Below are positions 42,501-51,173 of a stretch of 64,000 bases of DNA, piece by piece (position 1 is the first letter of the stretch; the number at the start of each line of letters is the position of its first letter). The notes beneath the pieces were generated by a model. The model saw nothing but the letters and a program-made list of their open reading frames with translations, had not been told where the DNA came from and ran no database searches. This DNA comes from Octopus vulgaris. Taxonomy: Eukaryota. Made by a program: the position numbers and the translations under genes. The DNA is taken from the NCBI GenBank assembly GCA_951406725.2, contig OX597815.1, positions 40,424,001-40,488,000 on the forward strand, in the 5' to 3' direction.

Positions 42501-45500
42501 TTTTTTGATGAGATAATCAATAGAGAAAAATTTGCCTACACCTTTTCAAAACATCTCCAAGAGTGATGACAGAAAAGAGGGAAAGAAAACTCTTCTAATT
42601 TCAGAGAATTGTTCTTTATACTTAGAACAGAAAGGTCTCTGCTAAAGACCCCCAAAAAGCAGACAATGGTGTTCAGTTCACCATCTATATGAGAAGACAT
42701 GTTACCAAGTAAAAGCCATAATTATGCTGATGAAAGAGTAAAAGAAATTTTGTCCAATATTTCATCTATATAAGGTTCTAGTCAGAAATAGAAATACCAT
42801 GGAGAATGAAACTGTAATAGTTACTGGACCTCAGATCAGCCGTGGTCAAACAGACTTATAATCAAATGTGTTCCAGCTATAATCATTCTGTTTTCCTTTT
42901 TTCAGAGTGGATTTAGAATTACATTATTAAATATGATCATCCTTTTTAAGAAGGTAGGATGTGATATGAAAGAAACTTGGTTGCTATTTCTAAAAACTTG
43001 AGTGACTATTTTGAGGCTCCCTTGTGCAGACAACTGTGATCAATTAGTTATAGTTTCACTGTAATATGTCTATAAATGGCTAGAAGCTAATGTGGCCAAT
43101 ATCTTTTAATAAAATTTCTATTATTTGTTCACTGGAGATTTTTTACATGGTCTCTCAACCTACTAGATATAGCAGACAAATCTCATTCAAACCACACTAC
43201 AGTCTAGAAAGAGAGAGGGCATTAAATAATTTAATCCTAGTCAATCTTAAATAGGACAGTCTAGATTAGAGAATACATTTAATCATAGGTCATACCACTG
43301 ATTGCTAACCTAGGGCTAAGCAAGAACAACAGTATTCTAAACACAGCTTTTTATATTAAATTAACATTTCATAATTAATTATCTTATTTTACTCTCAACA
43401 AACTATTTTTGCATTTACCATTATCATTTATTTCTTTGTAGATTGATGATACAAAAGATATAGAAAATAAGACATCACTTCTACATTCTTTAACAGATGC
43501 CATTAACAAGAAATTTCCAAATAGTGACTTACGTTCTGAACTATTAGCAGTAGTAGAATGTGCAAATGGTAAGAAACATCAGATGGCACTGAATGTGAAT
43601 GTTTTTCATCCAAATTCATGATTCATCACTCTATATCAGTGCTTCTCAAACATTTTAAACTTTTATTCCCTTTTCTTTTACTAATAGCCTTTCAAAATCC
43701 CTTTGCTGCAATGCAAAAAAGTTAAATATACCCCAAAAATTGCTACCAACAGGTTGGTTACATTTAAAAGGTCAACTCATGCACTCAAGTTATTCCATCA
43801 ATACAATATGGAATGTCAAAACATTTTGACTGTCCATTTTACATGACGATTCAAAGAGAATAAAACTGAAAATATTTTTGAAAATTAGGGCAATTAAAAG
43901 ACGCATCTAATCATTCCTACTACAACTGATGATATAAGACTTTTCATTAGTATCCCAAGGGAGAGTACTGTTTATTTTGAGAAACCCAGTTTTCTATAAG
44001 CTAGTGAAATGCTTGAATCAATGGGAAAGATTTAACCATGGTACTTACTTGGTATACAGGACAAATGAATTTCTGAGATATAAGGACAACTTCCTGAAGC
44101 TGGTAGTTTTCCACTCTAACTATTGAGTTCCTTGTAACTTAATTTCATGTAGTGAGTATATAATTTTGTTTACATTAACCTTTAAAGTAAGGTAAGATAC
44201 AGGATTTCCTATAAATAATATTCATCACAGATTATCATATTTTTTGAATGATAGCCATGCTAGAATAAGAATAGCCTGGGCAAAGTTCAGAGAGCTCTTA
44301 CTTCTTCTGGTGACAAAGGGCCTCTCACTCAGAGTAAAAGGTAGACTGTATGATGCACGTGTACAAACAGCCATGCTACATGGCAGTGAAACATGGGCCG
44401 TGACTGCTGAGGACATGTGTAATCTCACAAGGAATGAAGCCAGTATGCCCTGATTGATGTGTATTTTTACCATCACAAAAGTGGAATACATCATCAAAGT
44501 TAAGGCAGAAGACTCTAGCATAAAAGTGGCACACTCAGAGTGATATATTCCATCAGTTAGGTGGCACATTCCATCAGGCAGGTGTAATATTTTATTAAAC
44601 AAGTGCCATCCTATCAGATGTAGCACATTCCATAAAAATAGTACAAATATAAATAATCTGTCAACATGGTCAATTGAAAATTTAGAAAAATATGGATATT
44701 CCGATTATATCATAGTGTCCACTATTCTGCAATAGTATTCACTCAAACATATTTCTAATATACAAGATCACACTGTCCACTCTACTATTCTACATTACAC
44801 TGTCCACTCCACAATATTACACTGTTGCTCTAAACCACTTTATATTGTCCAGCTTCCTATATATTACATTATAGTGTCGTTTCCAGTATATTACTCTATT
44901 ACAGAGTAGCTCTGCTATGTACAGCATTATAGTGTCCAGTCTGTTATATGATACATCATAGTGTCCCTCATTATCATCATCGTCATCATTATTGTTTAAT
45001 GTCTGTTTCCCATGCTGGCATATGTTGAATGGTTCAGCAGGAACTGACAGGTCAGAAGACTGCATCAAGGTCTAATGTCTGATTTGGCATGGTTTCTAAA
45101 GCTGGAAGCCCTTCCTAATGTCAACCACTTTACAGAGTGTATTAGGTGCCTTTTATCCCTGGCACTAGCACAAGTAACTCCTCACAAGACAAGACACTTC
45201 AATTGAGTGACGTGCAGTATTGAAATCAGTAGAAGTTTAATAGAGGAACAGGAATAAGTATCATGCTGAAGGGGAGACATATGGCTTCTCCCATCGGACA
45301 GAGAGAGGGTAAAGATGGGTGGGGAGAAGGAGAAGGAGAATGGAAGAGGGGAGGGAAAGAAGGGGAAGAGAGAGTAGGTAGGTGAGGGGGGAGGAGAGAG
45401 AGACAGACAGAGATGGTGAAGATATGCCCTCGAGGTACAAGGTAAATATAAGAGAGTAAATAAGGTTAGAGGAATAGAAAGAGTGGATGGATAGGTAAGT

Positions 45501-48500
45501 TAGTCAGAGTGTAAAAGGAAAGTAACAGATAATTAATGATGGGAATTGGGGTGGACACAGCGAATAGGGCACCCAATGAATGGAAGCATGGTCAATGCTG
45601 AATATCAGTTTGGGGAACGTGAAAGAAATAGGAGTGAACTAAAAAAGAGAGGAGGTGATAAGGGACAGTGAAGTGTAGGGAGATAAATGGTATCAATTAT
45701 AGCACCTGAGTGAGTTATAGAGGTAAGTGTGATAGGAACTTTTTTTTGCTGAGATGGACGGGTGACTACCCTTCTATATTTTTTCTGCTATTATGTCCAT
45801 TCTGCAAAAACAACCAAATAGTACTATAATTATTATATTTTTCTATTACAGTATCCAATGCTGATATTTTCAGTGAATTGAAGGAAATACAAACTTCTTG
45901 GCAGGTAATTTACATATAGATCCATTTATTTAGTAAATGAAATTAAATAATAATATCATTGTATTAACTCTGTATTAATTCTTTTATAACATGTTGCCAC
46001 TTGGTAATTGGAGATAAGGTCAGACAATTGTCATGCTGATGGCAGCTATTGGGTTAGAAACATGTGCCCACAACAATCCTCCTTTCTGCAGACAATAAGC
46101 CTGTACTTCTTTTTTGATGACATATCAACTTTGAAGAATTTGTGAGCCTTGAGATTATCTCCCTTCCTCGAAAGGAGCTGGTTTTCATTGCCATTTGGTA
46201 ATTATGATACATCCTCCAGAAGTGGAGATAATTTTAGTAAATCAAGAATGTATGTTGTATGGTATTTGGTATACTTGTATTCATTTAGACTGTTCAAAGA
46301 TATGCCACTGGCCACTCTGAGTTATTTATCTTAGTTCATTTTTGTTTAATATACTATACACTCTGATATGCTGTAATGAATTGTATGGGGTCTGGAACAC
46401 TTTAACCATCTAGAAGGGTTGCAATGCAGACAGTAGCACATAATGTAGTAGCAGATGGGAGTATCCTGGAGTCATGACCTGGATGCAGTTTGGCCCCCAT
46501 AGAGTATAAGGAATTAAGAAGTGAAACACTTGCAGAGTTGGGGGTGAGTGTTTCTTCTTTGAAAACCGTCTCTGCTGTTCAGCTTTCCCTAGAGTTTCTT
46601 ACTACCAAAAAGCATTATTGTATTATTGTAGTCATTCTTTTTTGTTCTACAAAACTTAAAGGTTTTTTTCTTTTTCTTCTTTACTGCAGAAAACAACAGA
46701 ACTCATGAAAAATATTGAACAAAATGATTCAAAAGACCCAATTCAAGATATTATGAATGTATCCTTTTGATTCATAAGAAATAACTGTTGGAATTTTTTA
46801 GATAATCTCCCAATTATTTATTGAGTTTTGATACATCGCTTAAGACTAAGAATTAATTTCTAGATTTAAGCATAAATTTCATTTTGTAATGAATGTTTGA
46901 TCCTTATAATACTAAAAGTCACAGGTGTGTCCAAAACATGTTAGGCTAATAGCCAAAGAACCAGTAGTTCACTGATATTGAACTATACCCATTGTCAGTC
47001 ATAGTTTGATAGGTAGGTGTAGTGCACTGATGAAAGAGAGAAAAGTATTGTATAATTATCAAATATTCTGTTAACAAACAACACTAAGTTCAAATCATTT
47101 CATCTGCATTGCTTAGAGATGACTTTGATAACTTGGACTGCATATACTGCATGAAAATAGTGACAGTGTCTTTGGTTGCACCTCAGTGATTTACAGCCAC
47201 TAATAAATAAAACATTTTTTAAAAAGATTTTATCCAAATTACTGATACATTATAAATATGCACTCTGTAAAGTTGTTGATGTTAGGAAAGGTATCCAGTC
47301 ATAGAAACCAACTAAAATGAAACTTTCAAACAATATGTAGTTATCTGACCCATCAAGAGGAGTGGTAAAAATCTATTTAACCCATGTTGGCATGAAAAAT
47401 AAATGCAAAAGAGCAATGATAACAAGGAAAATGGCATAATACATTCTACAATGCCTAACGTAATCAATTCTAAAATACCTAATATAAGTACAGAACACCT
47501 TAAATTTTATTTTTTATTTCTTTGCAAATCAGCAGGAAACCTAGAGTTAGACCAAGAACAAGATAGCTGACTAGTATTCATAATCTCAGTTGGTTGTGCT
47601 TGGGAAACCAGTTGGAAGGTGTAATAATGGTTGCTTCTGATAGGACCCTATGGAGAAAGTGCCTGGGGACTCTACCCCTATAATCTTCCTATGAAATGTG
47701 GGCAGAAAAAATGGATCAACTGAATTCCTCTTTTGTAAAATTTATGTCTACTCAATTCCCTTTAACAAGTTTTCCAGGGAGAGTCTATTATTAGTAACAA
47801 ATTCAGCTTCATCTTGGAAAGGATAGCTCATGGGCATAAGGATTTACATTTAGAAAAGTTACTATATGTCTTAGATACTAACTAGAGTGGCTAGCAGCTA
47901 CAGTTTTAAAGCCATCAACTCCTGGAAGCTAAAAACTACATTTATGTTAAATAGCTATTACATTTTGCTATCAACAATTCTGGACATTAAACAATTATAG
48001 ATCATGTAAATACATAGTTATATTTCCTGTCATTGTTGTTGTTGTTGTTAAGTTACAGCACTTAGTTCAGCTGAAGCAGGCATAATTCAATGACTGACGT
48101 CCGTGCTAGCAGGGTGCAAAGAGCACCATACGAGCGTGATCATTGACAGAGCGGCTAACCGGCTTCCGTGCCAGTGGAAATTAAAGGACACCATTCGAGC
48201 GTGATCGTTACCAGCGTCATCTTACTGCCACTTGTGCCTGTGCTAGTAGGGTGCCAAGAGCACCATCCGAGCGTGAGCGTTGCCACAGCAGCCGACTGGC
48301 TTCCATGCCAGTGGCACATAAAAGGACACCATTCAAGCGTGATCGTTACCAACGTCACCTTACTGGCACCTGTGCTGGTGGCATGTGTAAAAGGATTCAA
48401 GCGAGGCCGTTGCCAGTACTGCCGGACTGGCCCCGTGCTGGTGGCACGTAAAAAGCACCCACTACACTCTCAGAGTGGTTGGTGTTAGGAAGGGCATCCA

Positions 48501-49306
48501 GCTGTAGAAACTTTGCCAAATCAAGATTGGAGCCTGGTGCAGCCATCTGGTTCGCTAGCCCTCAGTCAAGATCGTCCAACCCATACTAGCATGGAAAGCA
48601 GACATTAAACGATGATGATGATGATATGAGTACTGAACTACAATCTGTTATGAGACATAGTAAACTCTGTCAAATGCAGCTTAATTTTAAAGAGGTGCTG
48701 ACCACATATGTAAGTAATAGAAAGATAGGCTTGCTCATTTTCTATTTTCAACAAGAATTATGTTAGCAAACCCCTAAAAATTTTCCTGATCACTGCAGTT
48801 AATGCTACAGTATTTATTTTATGATACTGGAAAATGTTGGACATAATCAAACCCAATTTTTTATACAATCTTTTATACAAGCTATGTAGTATGGTATCCT
48901 AATTAGTTCTTGAAAGTGTGAAGGCTGAAGGAATAGGGAAAGAGAACTTGTCTATATCTGTTCCATCCATCACTTGATAAATTTTATAATGCAGTTGTTA
49001 AATTCTTTAACATTCAAAGATATTTCTCTCCAAATCCAATTCAACTTTGGAGGATTTATTCGAGGATTTAGAAGAAGCTGTCAAAGAATTTCATACTACT
49101 TTAGAATTTTTTGGTGAGAATGATGTGGGAAACATAACAACAGACCAAATATTTGGGATATTTGCAGAATTCTTAAACAAGTATGAGGTAAGAACTGTTA
49201 GATTTTTACTAAGTATCAGTATTATCAAAAATCCTAAACAGCTACAATGACTTTCTTTTTCTGGTTAATACTTGTTTCTTTGTGCCAGAAAACAGCAGCT
49301 TTATGA
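1623..49306 (+). CDS. GRID2IP: Delphilin / GRID2IP-like formin (3 PDZ + 3 harmonin-N-like HHD + minimal FH1 + FH2), 27 coding exons, ~1364 aa; whole-gene span
   Basis: Manual splicing: all introns GT-AG with matching phases. The N-terminus [42 protein letters not shown]...PTSLGIV resembles Delphilin PDZ1. FH2 motifs [53 protein letters not shown] and [16 protein letters not shown] resemble Delphilin FH2 (recalled from memory, no database search). Confidence 0.9.
2596..2800. repeat. compound microsatellite (AGAT)n/(CA)n/(TG)n
   Basis: directly visible. Confidence 0.95.
2801..3299 (-). mobile_element. two 5'-truncated 3'-end copies of the (GAT)n-tailed RTE-associated repeat
   Basis: (CAT)n tail followed by tttaacgtctgctttccatgctagcatgggttggac...; same sequence as 5727-6110 in reverse. 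Confidence 0.85.
3327..4610 (-). mobile_element. near full-length degenerate mariner transposon (~1.28 kb)
   Basis: TIRs tttggttgtcaagtaatgaaatttgtag / ctacaaatttcatacttgaagacctaa with TA flanks; transposase remnant [13 protein letters not shown]...KLMVCVW. Confidence 0.85.
4637..4975 (+). mobile_element. 5'-truncated RTE 3'-end copy with ~60-bp internal repeats and (GAT)n tail
   Basis: homologous to 5727-6110. Confidence 0.85.
5464..6110 (+). mobile_element. RTE-clade LINE 3' end: ORF C-terminus, 3'UTR with minisatellite, (GAT)n tail
   Basis: [34 protein letters not shown] (RTE D-R-x-x-W terminus) runs directly into the abundant repeat. Confidence 0.8.
7052..7233 (+). CDS. GRID2IP: coding exon 2: end of PDZ2 ([12 protein letters not shown]...VTLSVIP) and start of HHD1
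   Basis: tttttag|GT GAC ATT completes the GLRKGD PDZ motif; ends AAG|gtaaaa, phase 0. Confidence 0.9.
8230..9589 (-). mobile_element. degenerate Dong/R4-clade (RLE) non-LTR retrotransposon between (TTA)n tracts
   Basis: minus-strand [22 protein letters not shown]...[25 protein letters not shown] and [19 protein letters not shown]. Confidence 0.8.
9590..9669. repeat. (TTA)n microsatellite abutting the exon 3 acceptor
   Basis: directly visible. Confidence 0.95.
9674..9828 (+). CDS. GRID2IP: coding exon 3: HHD1 ([22 protein letters not shown]...[12 protein letters not shown])
   Basis: tttcag|TTG...; ends TG|gtaatt, phase 2. Confidence 0.85.
11416..11529 (+). CDS. GRID2IP: coding exon 4: end of HHD1 ([16 protein letters not shown]...)
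   Basis: tttcag|G CCA TTC; ends TT|gtaagt, phase 2 to 2. Confidence 0.85.
11965..12052. repeat. 88-bp near-perfect palindrome
   Basis: arms acttattaatctgagcggaggcaatgcgagcagtacctaaag / ttttaagtactgttcgcattgcctccactcagattaataagt around a central GTAC; 4 mismatches. Confidence 0.9.
12262..13002 (-). mobile_element. internally deleted Tc1/mariner (maT/DD37D-like) element
   Basis: TA|CAGGGTGTG...CACACCCTG|TA termini; remnants [25 protein letters not shown]. Confidence 0.8.
13672..13827 (+). CDS. GRID2IP: coding exon 5: PDZ3 first part ([39 protein letters not shown])
   Basis: gacag|A AAC; ends AG|gtgagt; clear PDZ motifs. Confidence 0.92.
13846..14245 (-). mobile_element. tRNA-derived SINE with internal (CA)n; related partial copies at ~13425-13535, 39140-39530, 49327-49443 and 57585-57750
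   Basis: minus strand has a tRNA-like head (ggttcagtccc), cttgggcaagtgtcttct core and ...cagtcaaatggctgaaacaagtaaaaga tail. Confidence 0.75.
14572..14666 (+). CDS. GRID2IP: coding exon 6: PDZ3 second part ([15 protein letters not shown])
   Basis: ttctag|A AAT ATG; ends T|gtaatt, phase 1; contains the PDZ alphaB His motif. Confidence 0.9.
15589..15713 (+). CDS. GRID2IP: coding exon 7: linker to start of HHD2 (...[10 protein letters not shown]...FTFKQK)
   Basis: long poly-T tract then ctttctag|TT CAG; ends AAG|gtattt. Confidence 0.85.
17015..17221. mobile_element. piggyBac-like MITE
   Basis: TTAA|cctttagcatt ... aatgctaaaggg|TTAA; a shorter related piece lies at ~6702-6745. Confidence 0.75.
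17538..17608 (+). CDS. GRID2IP: coding exon 8: HHD2 first half ([23 protein letters not shown])
   Basis: ttttcag|ATG; ends AG|gtaatg, phase 2; LLT..ER harmonin-N-like motif. Confidence 0.87.
17690..18042 (+). mobile_element. RTE LINE reverse-transcriptase fragment
   Basis: YKGKGD...[48 protein letters not shown]; one in-frame stop. Confidence 0.9.
18231..18488 (-). mobile_element. RTE 3'-end copy with a terminal fold-back (18399-18488)
   Basis: same family as 5727-6110; 41-bp inverted arms at the truncation point. Confidence 0.85.
18838..18986 (+). CDS. GRID2IP: coding exon 9: HHD2 second half ([25 protein letters not shown])
   Basis: tattcag|T AAC; ends A|gtatgt; LDTP.K..LW motif. Confidence 0.87.
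19198..19763 (+). mobile_element. internally deleted mariner
   Basis: TA|ttgggttgtctggaaagttcgtgccgattt ... aaatcggcacaaactttctggacaacccaa|TA; [10 protein letters not shown]-terminus joined to [24 protein letters not shown]. Confidence 0.9.
20819..21700 (-). mobile_element. Penelope-like element 3' fragment (GIY-YIG endonuclease remnant); ends approximate
   Basis: minus-strand [40 protein letters not shown]...VLYQH. Confidence 0.75.
21767..21851 (+). CDS. GRID2IP: coding exon 10: HHD3 first half ([27 protein letters not shown])
   Basis: ttttag|AT AAC; ends AA|gtaatt; phase 1 to 2 bridges exons 9 and 11; aligns to exon 8. Confidence 0.75.
22765..22907 (+). CDS. GRID2IP: coding exon 11: HHD3 second half ([21 protein letters not shown])
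   Basis: tttttcag|A ACA; ends G|gtaagt; L(N/D)TPAKQ.(V/L)W motif. Confidence 0.85.
23670..24047 (+). mobile_element. CR1-like LINE 3' end; second copy at ~36085-36305 (-)
   Basis: [34 protein letters not shown]...SFK. Confidence 0.85.
24197..24683 (-). mobile_element. 5'-truncated Dong/R4 element inserted in a (TTA)n tract
   Basis: [40 protein letters not shown] (PD-(D/E)xK RLE domain); (TTA)n on both sides. Confidence 0.88.
24890..24939 (+). CDS. GRID2IP: coding exon 12: short linker ([17 protein letters not shown])
   Basis: ttttctag|GT GCA; ends ACT|gtaagt; supplies the needed phase 1 to 0 change. Confidence 0.7.
25390..26225 (-). mobile_element. old RTE LINE 3' part, flanked by (TAGG)n/(CCTA)n microsatellites; ends approximate
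   Basis: minus strand [28 protein letters not shown] and [11 protein letters not shown], then a purine-rich (+ strand) UTR. Confidence 0.7.
26560..27196 (+). CDS. GRID2IP: coding exon 13: S/N/K-rich low-complexity linker
   Basis: atttcag|GTA ATA; 637-nt open frame (ORF 26605-27201); ends G|gttagt. Confidence 0.85.
29520..29800. mobile_element. hAT (Charlie-like) MITE
   Basis: CAGTG..CTCAAA ... TTTGAGAAGCACTG termini; 8-bp TSD gtctatgt / gtctgtgt. Confidence 0.85.
30893..31510 (+). CDS. GRID2IP: coding exon 14: linker, ending [11 protein letters not shown]
   Basis: tctttag|GT TCT; 618-nt open frame; ends G|gtatgt. Confidence 0.85.
32867..32997 (+). CDS. GRID2IP: coding exon 15: minimal FH1 (PPVPPPLP) and FH2 lasso ([18 protein letters not shown])
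   Basis: tttcag|AA ATA; ends AAG|gttagc; both conserved lasso Trp residues present. Confidence 0.9.
33459..33679. mobile_element. piggyBac-like MITE; relatives at ~19940-20157 and ~39806-39965
   Basis: TTAA|cccttt ... aaaggg|TTAA; internal sequence is shared in reverse with 39806-39965. Confidence 0.8.
33755..33833 (+). CDS. GRID2IP: coding exon 16: FH2 ([26 protein letters not shown])
   Basis: tttttag|GTT; ends G|gtaata; LE..F motif. Confidence 0.87.
34090..34155 (+). CDS. GRID2IP: coding exon 17: FH2 ([16 protein letters not shown])
   Basis: tttttag|AG AAA; ends T|gtaagt. Confidence 0.9.
34357..34484 (+). CDS. GRID2IP: coding exon 18: FH2 knob ([10 protein letters not shown]...[13 protein letters not shown])
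   Basis: tttcag|CC ATT; ends GAG|gtaaca; conserved actin-contact Ile retained. Confidence 0.9.
34613..34681 (+). CDS. GRID2IP: coding exon 19: FH2 ([23 protein letters not shown])
   Basis: catgtag|CAA; ends GAA|gtaagg; L..ADQ motif. Confidence 0.85.
35047..35218 (-). mobile_element. RTE 3'-end copy
   Basis: same family as 5727-6110. Confidence 0.85.
37217..38430 (-). mobile_element. older RTE subfamily 3' end with long UTR; similar copies at ~40720-41320 and ~44970-45770
   Basis: minus strand [34 protein letters not shown] at ~38320-38430; shared core ggaagggtatccagc and (GAT)n tail at 37217. Confidence 0.7.
38594..38680 (+). CDS. GRID2IP: coding exon 20: FH2 ([29 protein letters not shown])
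   Basis: tttcag|CTG; ends TCG|gtgaat; IP.Y..RL motif. Confidence 0.9.
40278..40346 (+). CDS. GRID2IP: coding exon 21: FH2 ([23 protein letters not shown])
   Basis: tttgtag|ATT; ends CAG|gtaagc; AS.EL..S motif. Confidence 0.9.
41718..41804 (+). CDS. GRID2IP: coding exon 22: FH2 post ([29 protein letters not shown])
   Basis: cttcag|ATG; ends CAG|gtaaac; GN(Y/F)(M/L)N signature. Confidence 0.93.
43442..43568 (+). CDS. GRID2IP: coding exon 23: FH2 ([17 protein letters not shown]...KKFP)
   Basis: tttgtag|ATT; ends G|gtaaga; conserved Lys in DTK. Confidence 0.9.
44244..44462 (+). mobile_element. RTE LINE fragment (post-RT region)
   Basis: [14 protein letters not shown]...[21 protein letters not shown]. 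Confidence 0.88.
45852..45904 (+). CDS. GRID2IP: coding exon 24: FH2 ([18 protein letters not shown])
   Basis: ttacag|TA TCC; ends CAG|gtaatt. Confidence 0.85.
46690..46758 (+). CDS. GRID2IP: coding exon 25: FH2 ([23 protein letters not shown])
   Basis: ctgcag|AAA; ends AAT|GTATCCTTTT (U12-type donor). Confidence 0.85.
46759..49019 (+). other. U12-type (minor spliceosome) GT-AG intron
   Basis: Donor GTATCCTTTT; branch site TTCTTTAAC at 49003-49011; acceptor aaAG at 49018-49019 with no polypyrimidine tract; splicing restores DIMN|IFLSK in frame. Confidence 0.85.
48085..48624 (+). mobile_element. RTE 3'-end copy with six minisatellite units, inside the U12 intron
   Basis: A-B-A-B-C-D unit arrangement, family core and (GAT)n tail. 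Confidence 0.85.
49020..49187 (+). CDS. GRID2IP: coding exon 26: FH2 end ([14 protein letters not shown]...[27 protein letters not shown])
   Basis: FFGE and FGIFAEF motifs; ends GAG|gtaaga. Confidence 0.9.
49289..49306 (+). CDS. GRID2IP: putative terminal coding exon 27 (KTAAL*)
   Basis: cttgtttctttgtgccag|AAA ACA GCA GCT TTA TGA is the nearest good acceptor in phase 0; too short for homology support. Confidence 0.45.
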   Translation, partial: KTAAL

Positions 49307-50045
49307 ATTTAATTAGATATTTTCTTTGGTCAGCTCAAGGCTATAGTAGAAGACACTTGTCCAAGTGCCACAGAGTGGGATTGAACCCAAGACTATTTCA
49401 TTGGGAAGAAAACTTCTTAACCACACAGTCATACCTGCACCTATGAAGATAATTATTTCTCGATGATTCAATGCACTATATAAAAGAATATGTTTTATAA
49501 CTGAAAAGCACTTTCTAAGTTTGCAGTTTTGGACAGAGCACCAAGGTGCACTGAACTGAATAGTCAACACCAAAATTTGCATTGCTCAGAAGTGTTCCAC
49601 TGTCTCATCAGACAAACAGACCTTCCACAATTCACTACTTTTGTTTTATGTACTACAATGCTAATTAACAGTAGTAATTCTTAATCACTGAAAGAAAAAA
49701 TTACATTGCCACCTCACAACTGCCACCCATCTAGCATCCCTTTCAACCTCTTTCACACCTTCCATGTTCCCAGTTTTGTTTTGTCTTTTCTTTGGACGTA
49801 TGCAGTTCACAGAAACCTTTAGGGTCATGATTAAAGGCTTGTATGTATTTCATTGAAATACCAACAGATGGCCAGCCAATCACTTACTTCCTTCCACTAG
49901 CCATTCGTCATACACAACTAACAGTATGGTCAGATCTGTCTACTATCATAGCAAATTTTCTATTCTTTTCCATCCATTTTATTCTACCAACTAACTGACT
50001 GATCATAGGAAAAACTCAAGAGTAACTGTAAGCTGAGCCAGCTGA

Positions 50046-50051
50046 AATAAA
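50046..50051 (+). promoter_or_regulatory. candidate polyadenylation signal AATAAA
   Basis: first AATAAA I noticed ~740 nt after the putative stop; the hexamer is common in AT-rich DNA. Confidence 0.2.
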
Positions 50052-50107
50052 TTATTGTACTCTTCCACAGTATCCAAGTAATTTTTCTCGTTTGTTTTTA
50101 CGTACAT

Positions 50108-50424
50108 ATGAGGTGCATTCAAAAAGTATCCAACCTTTGGGCATAAAAAAAATACAATGTTGTACATTTCACAAATTTTATTCAATCACCTTCAAAATAC
50201 TCCCCCTTGAGAGTTCACACACTTCTTCCACCAGTTCTGCCATTACTGGTAATACCTCTGGAACACCTTCCCAGAAATGCTATGAAGCTCTGCCATCACT
50301 TTTCTCATTGTTCCCTCTCACAACTTAAATCGCTCCCCTTTCATCGTTGTTTTCAGTTTGGGGAAGAACTAGAAGTCAAATGGTGCCAAGTCAGGAGAGT
50401 AGGGAGCCTGTGGAACAAGTCATG
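50108..50424 (-). mobile_element. mariner end fragment
   Basis: ta|tgaggtgcattcaaaaagtatcc TIR-like end; minus strand LPTLLTWH..FPKLK (degenerate YSPDL..F..LK region). Confidence 0.6.
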
Positions 50425-50774
50425 GGATCTTTTTGGTTTGAACGGCAGTTTTTTCTAGCGGTGTCATATGAAATTGTCAACCATAATTATGACCCTAGTA
50501 TCGATCTATTGCATTTCAATCTGTTTTAGAGTTAGGGTTAGGGGTGAGGGGAAGGGTATCTTTTTTCCTTCGGAAATGTAAATAAACTCAATCTGTTTCT
50601 TAAACGAGGGACATATTCATACGGCACAGAATGTTTTCACCTCAATAGAGGTCATTGATTGGTTGAAATTGCAGAAATTGAAGTTAAAAACAACAAATAT
50701 CTTACAAACTATAGAATTTTCTCAATAAAGCCAAGAGAAAAAGATGTTTTATAAACACATTCTATCAGTATACG
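50425..50774. mobile_element. truncated copy of the Merlin-like MITE at 56257-56664
   Basis: collinear high similarity with 56257-56600; right TIR missing. Confidence 0.85.
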
Positions 50775-51165
50775 AGCTTCGATTCAAGCTTTCCAAACGT
50801 ATCCCCGGCCTTATAAAGTCTACAACTGACCTTCTTGTCAAGTGCGTTAAACAAACGGTGACCGATAATAAAGTCACAATTTTGGCTAGGAAAAAACGTC
50901 ACAGGAAAAAGTCACATTTAATTATGGTGCCGGTAAATAAAGTCACAATTAATTTATGGGATCCGGACAAAACCCCTGTGACTGACTCTTTTACCTGGAT
51001 TCAAGTAATCACATCTACGACTTTTAACCGTTGACATACATACATACACACGGCAGGCAGAAAATGATTGGGGAGAACATCAGACGTTATAATCAGAATG
51101 CTATAGCAAATTAGTACAAATACATTTTAAAAAACTAATAGATTTGGGATCCAGACAATGACTTT

Positions 51166-51171
51166 AAAAAA
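51166..51171 (-). terminator. RNA Pol III terminator (T6) of the tRNA-Met gene
   Basis: A6 on + strand, 2 nt beyond the tRNA discriminator base. Confidence 0.8.
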
Positions 51172-51173
51172 TC

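Noticed and set aside
44480-44970. Short degenerate repeats (atagtgtcca…, gtggcaca…)
   Set aside because: Decayed minisatellite with irregular period; no structure or coding signal I can support
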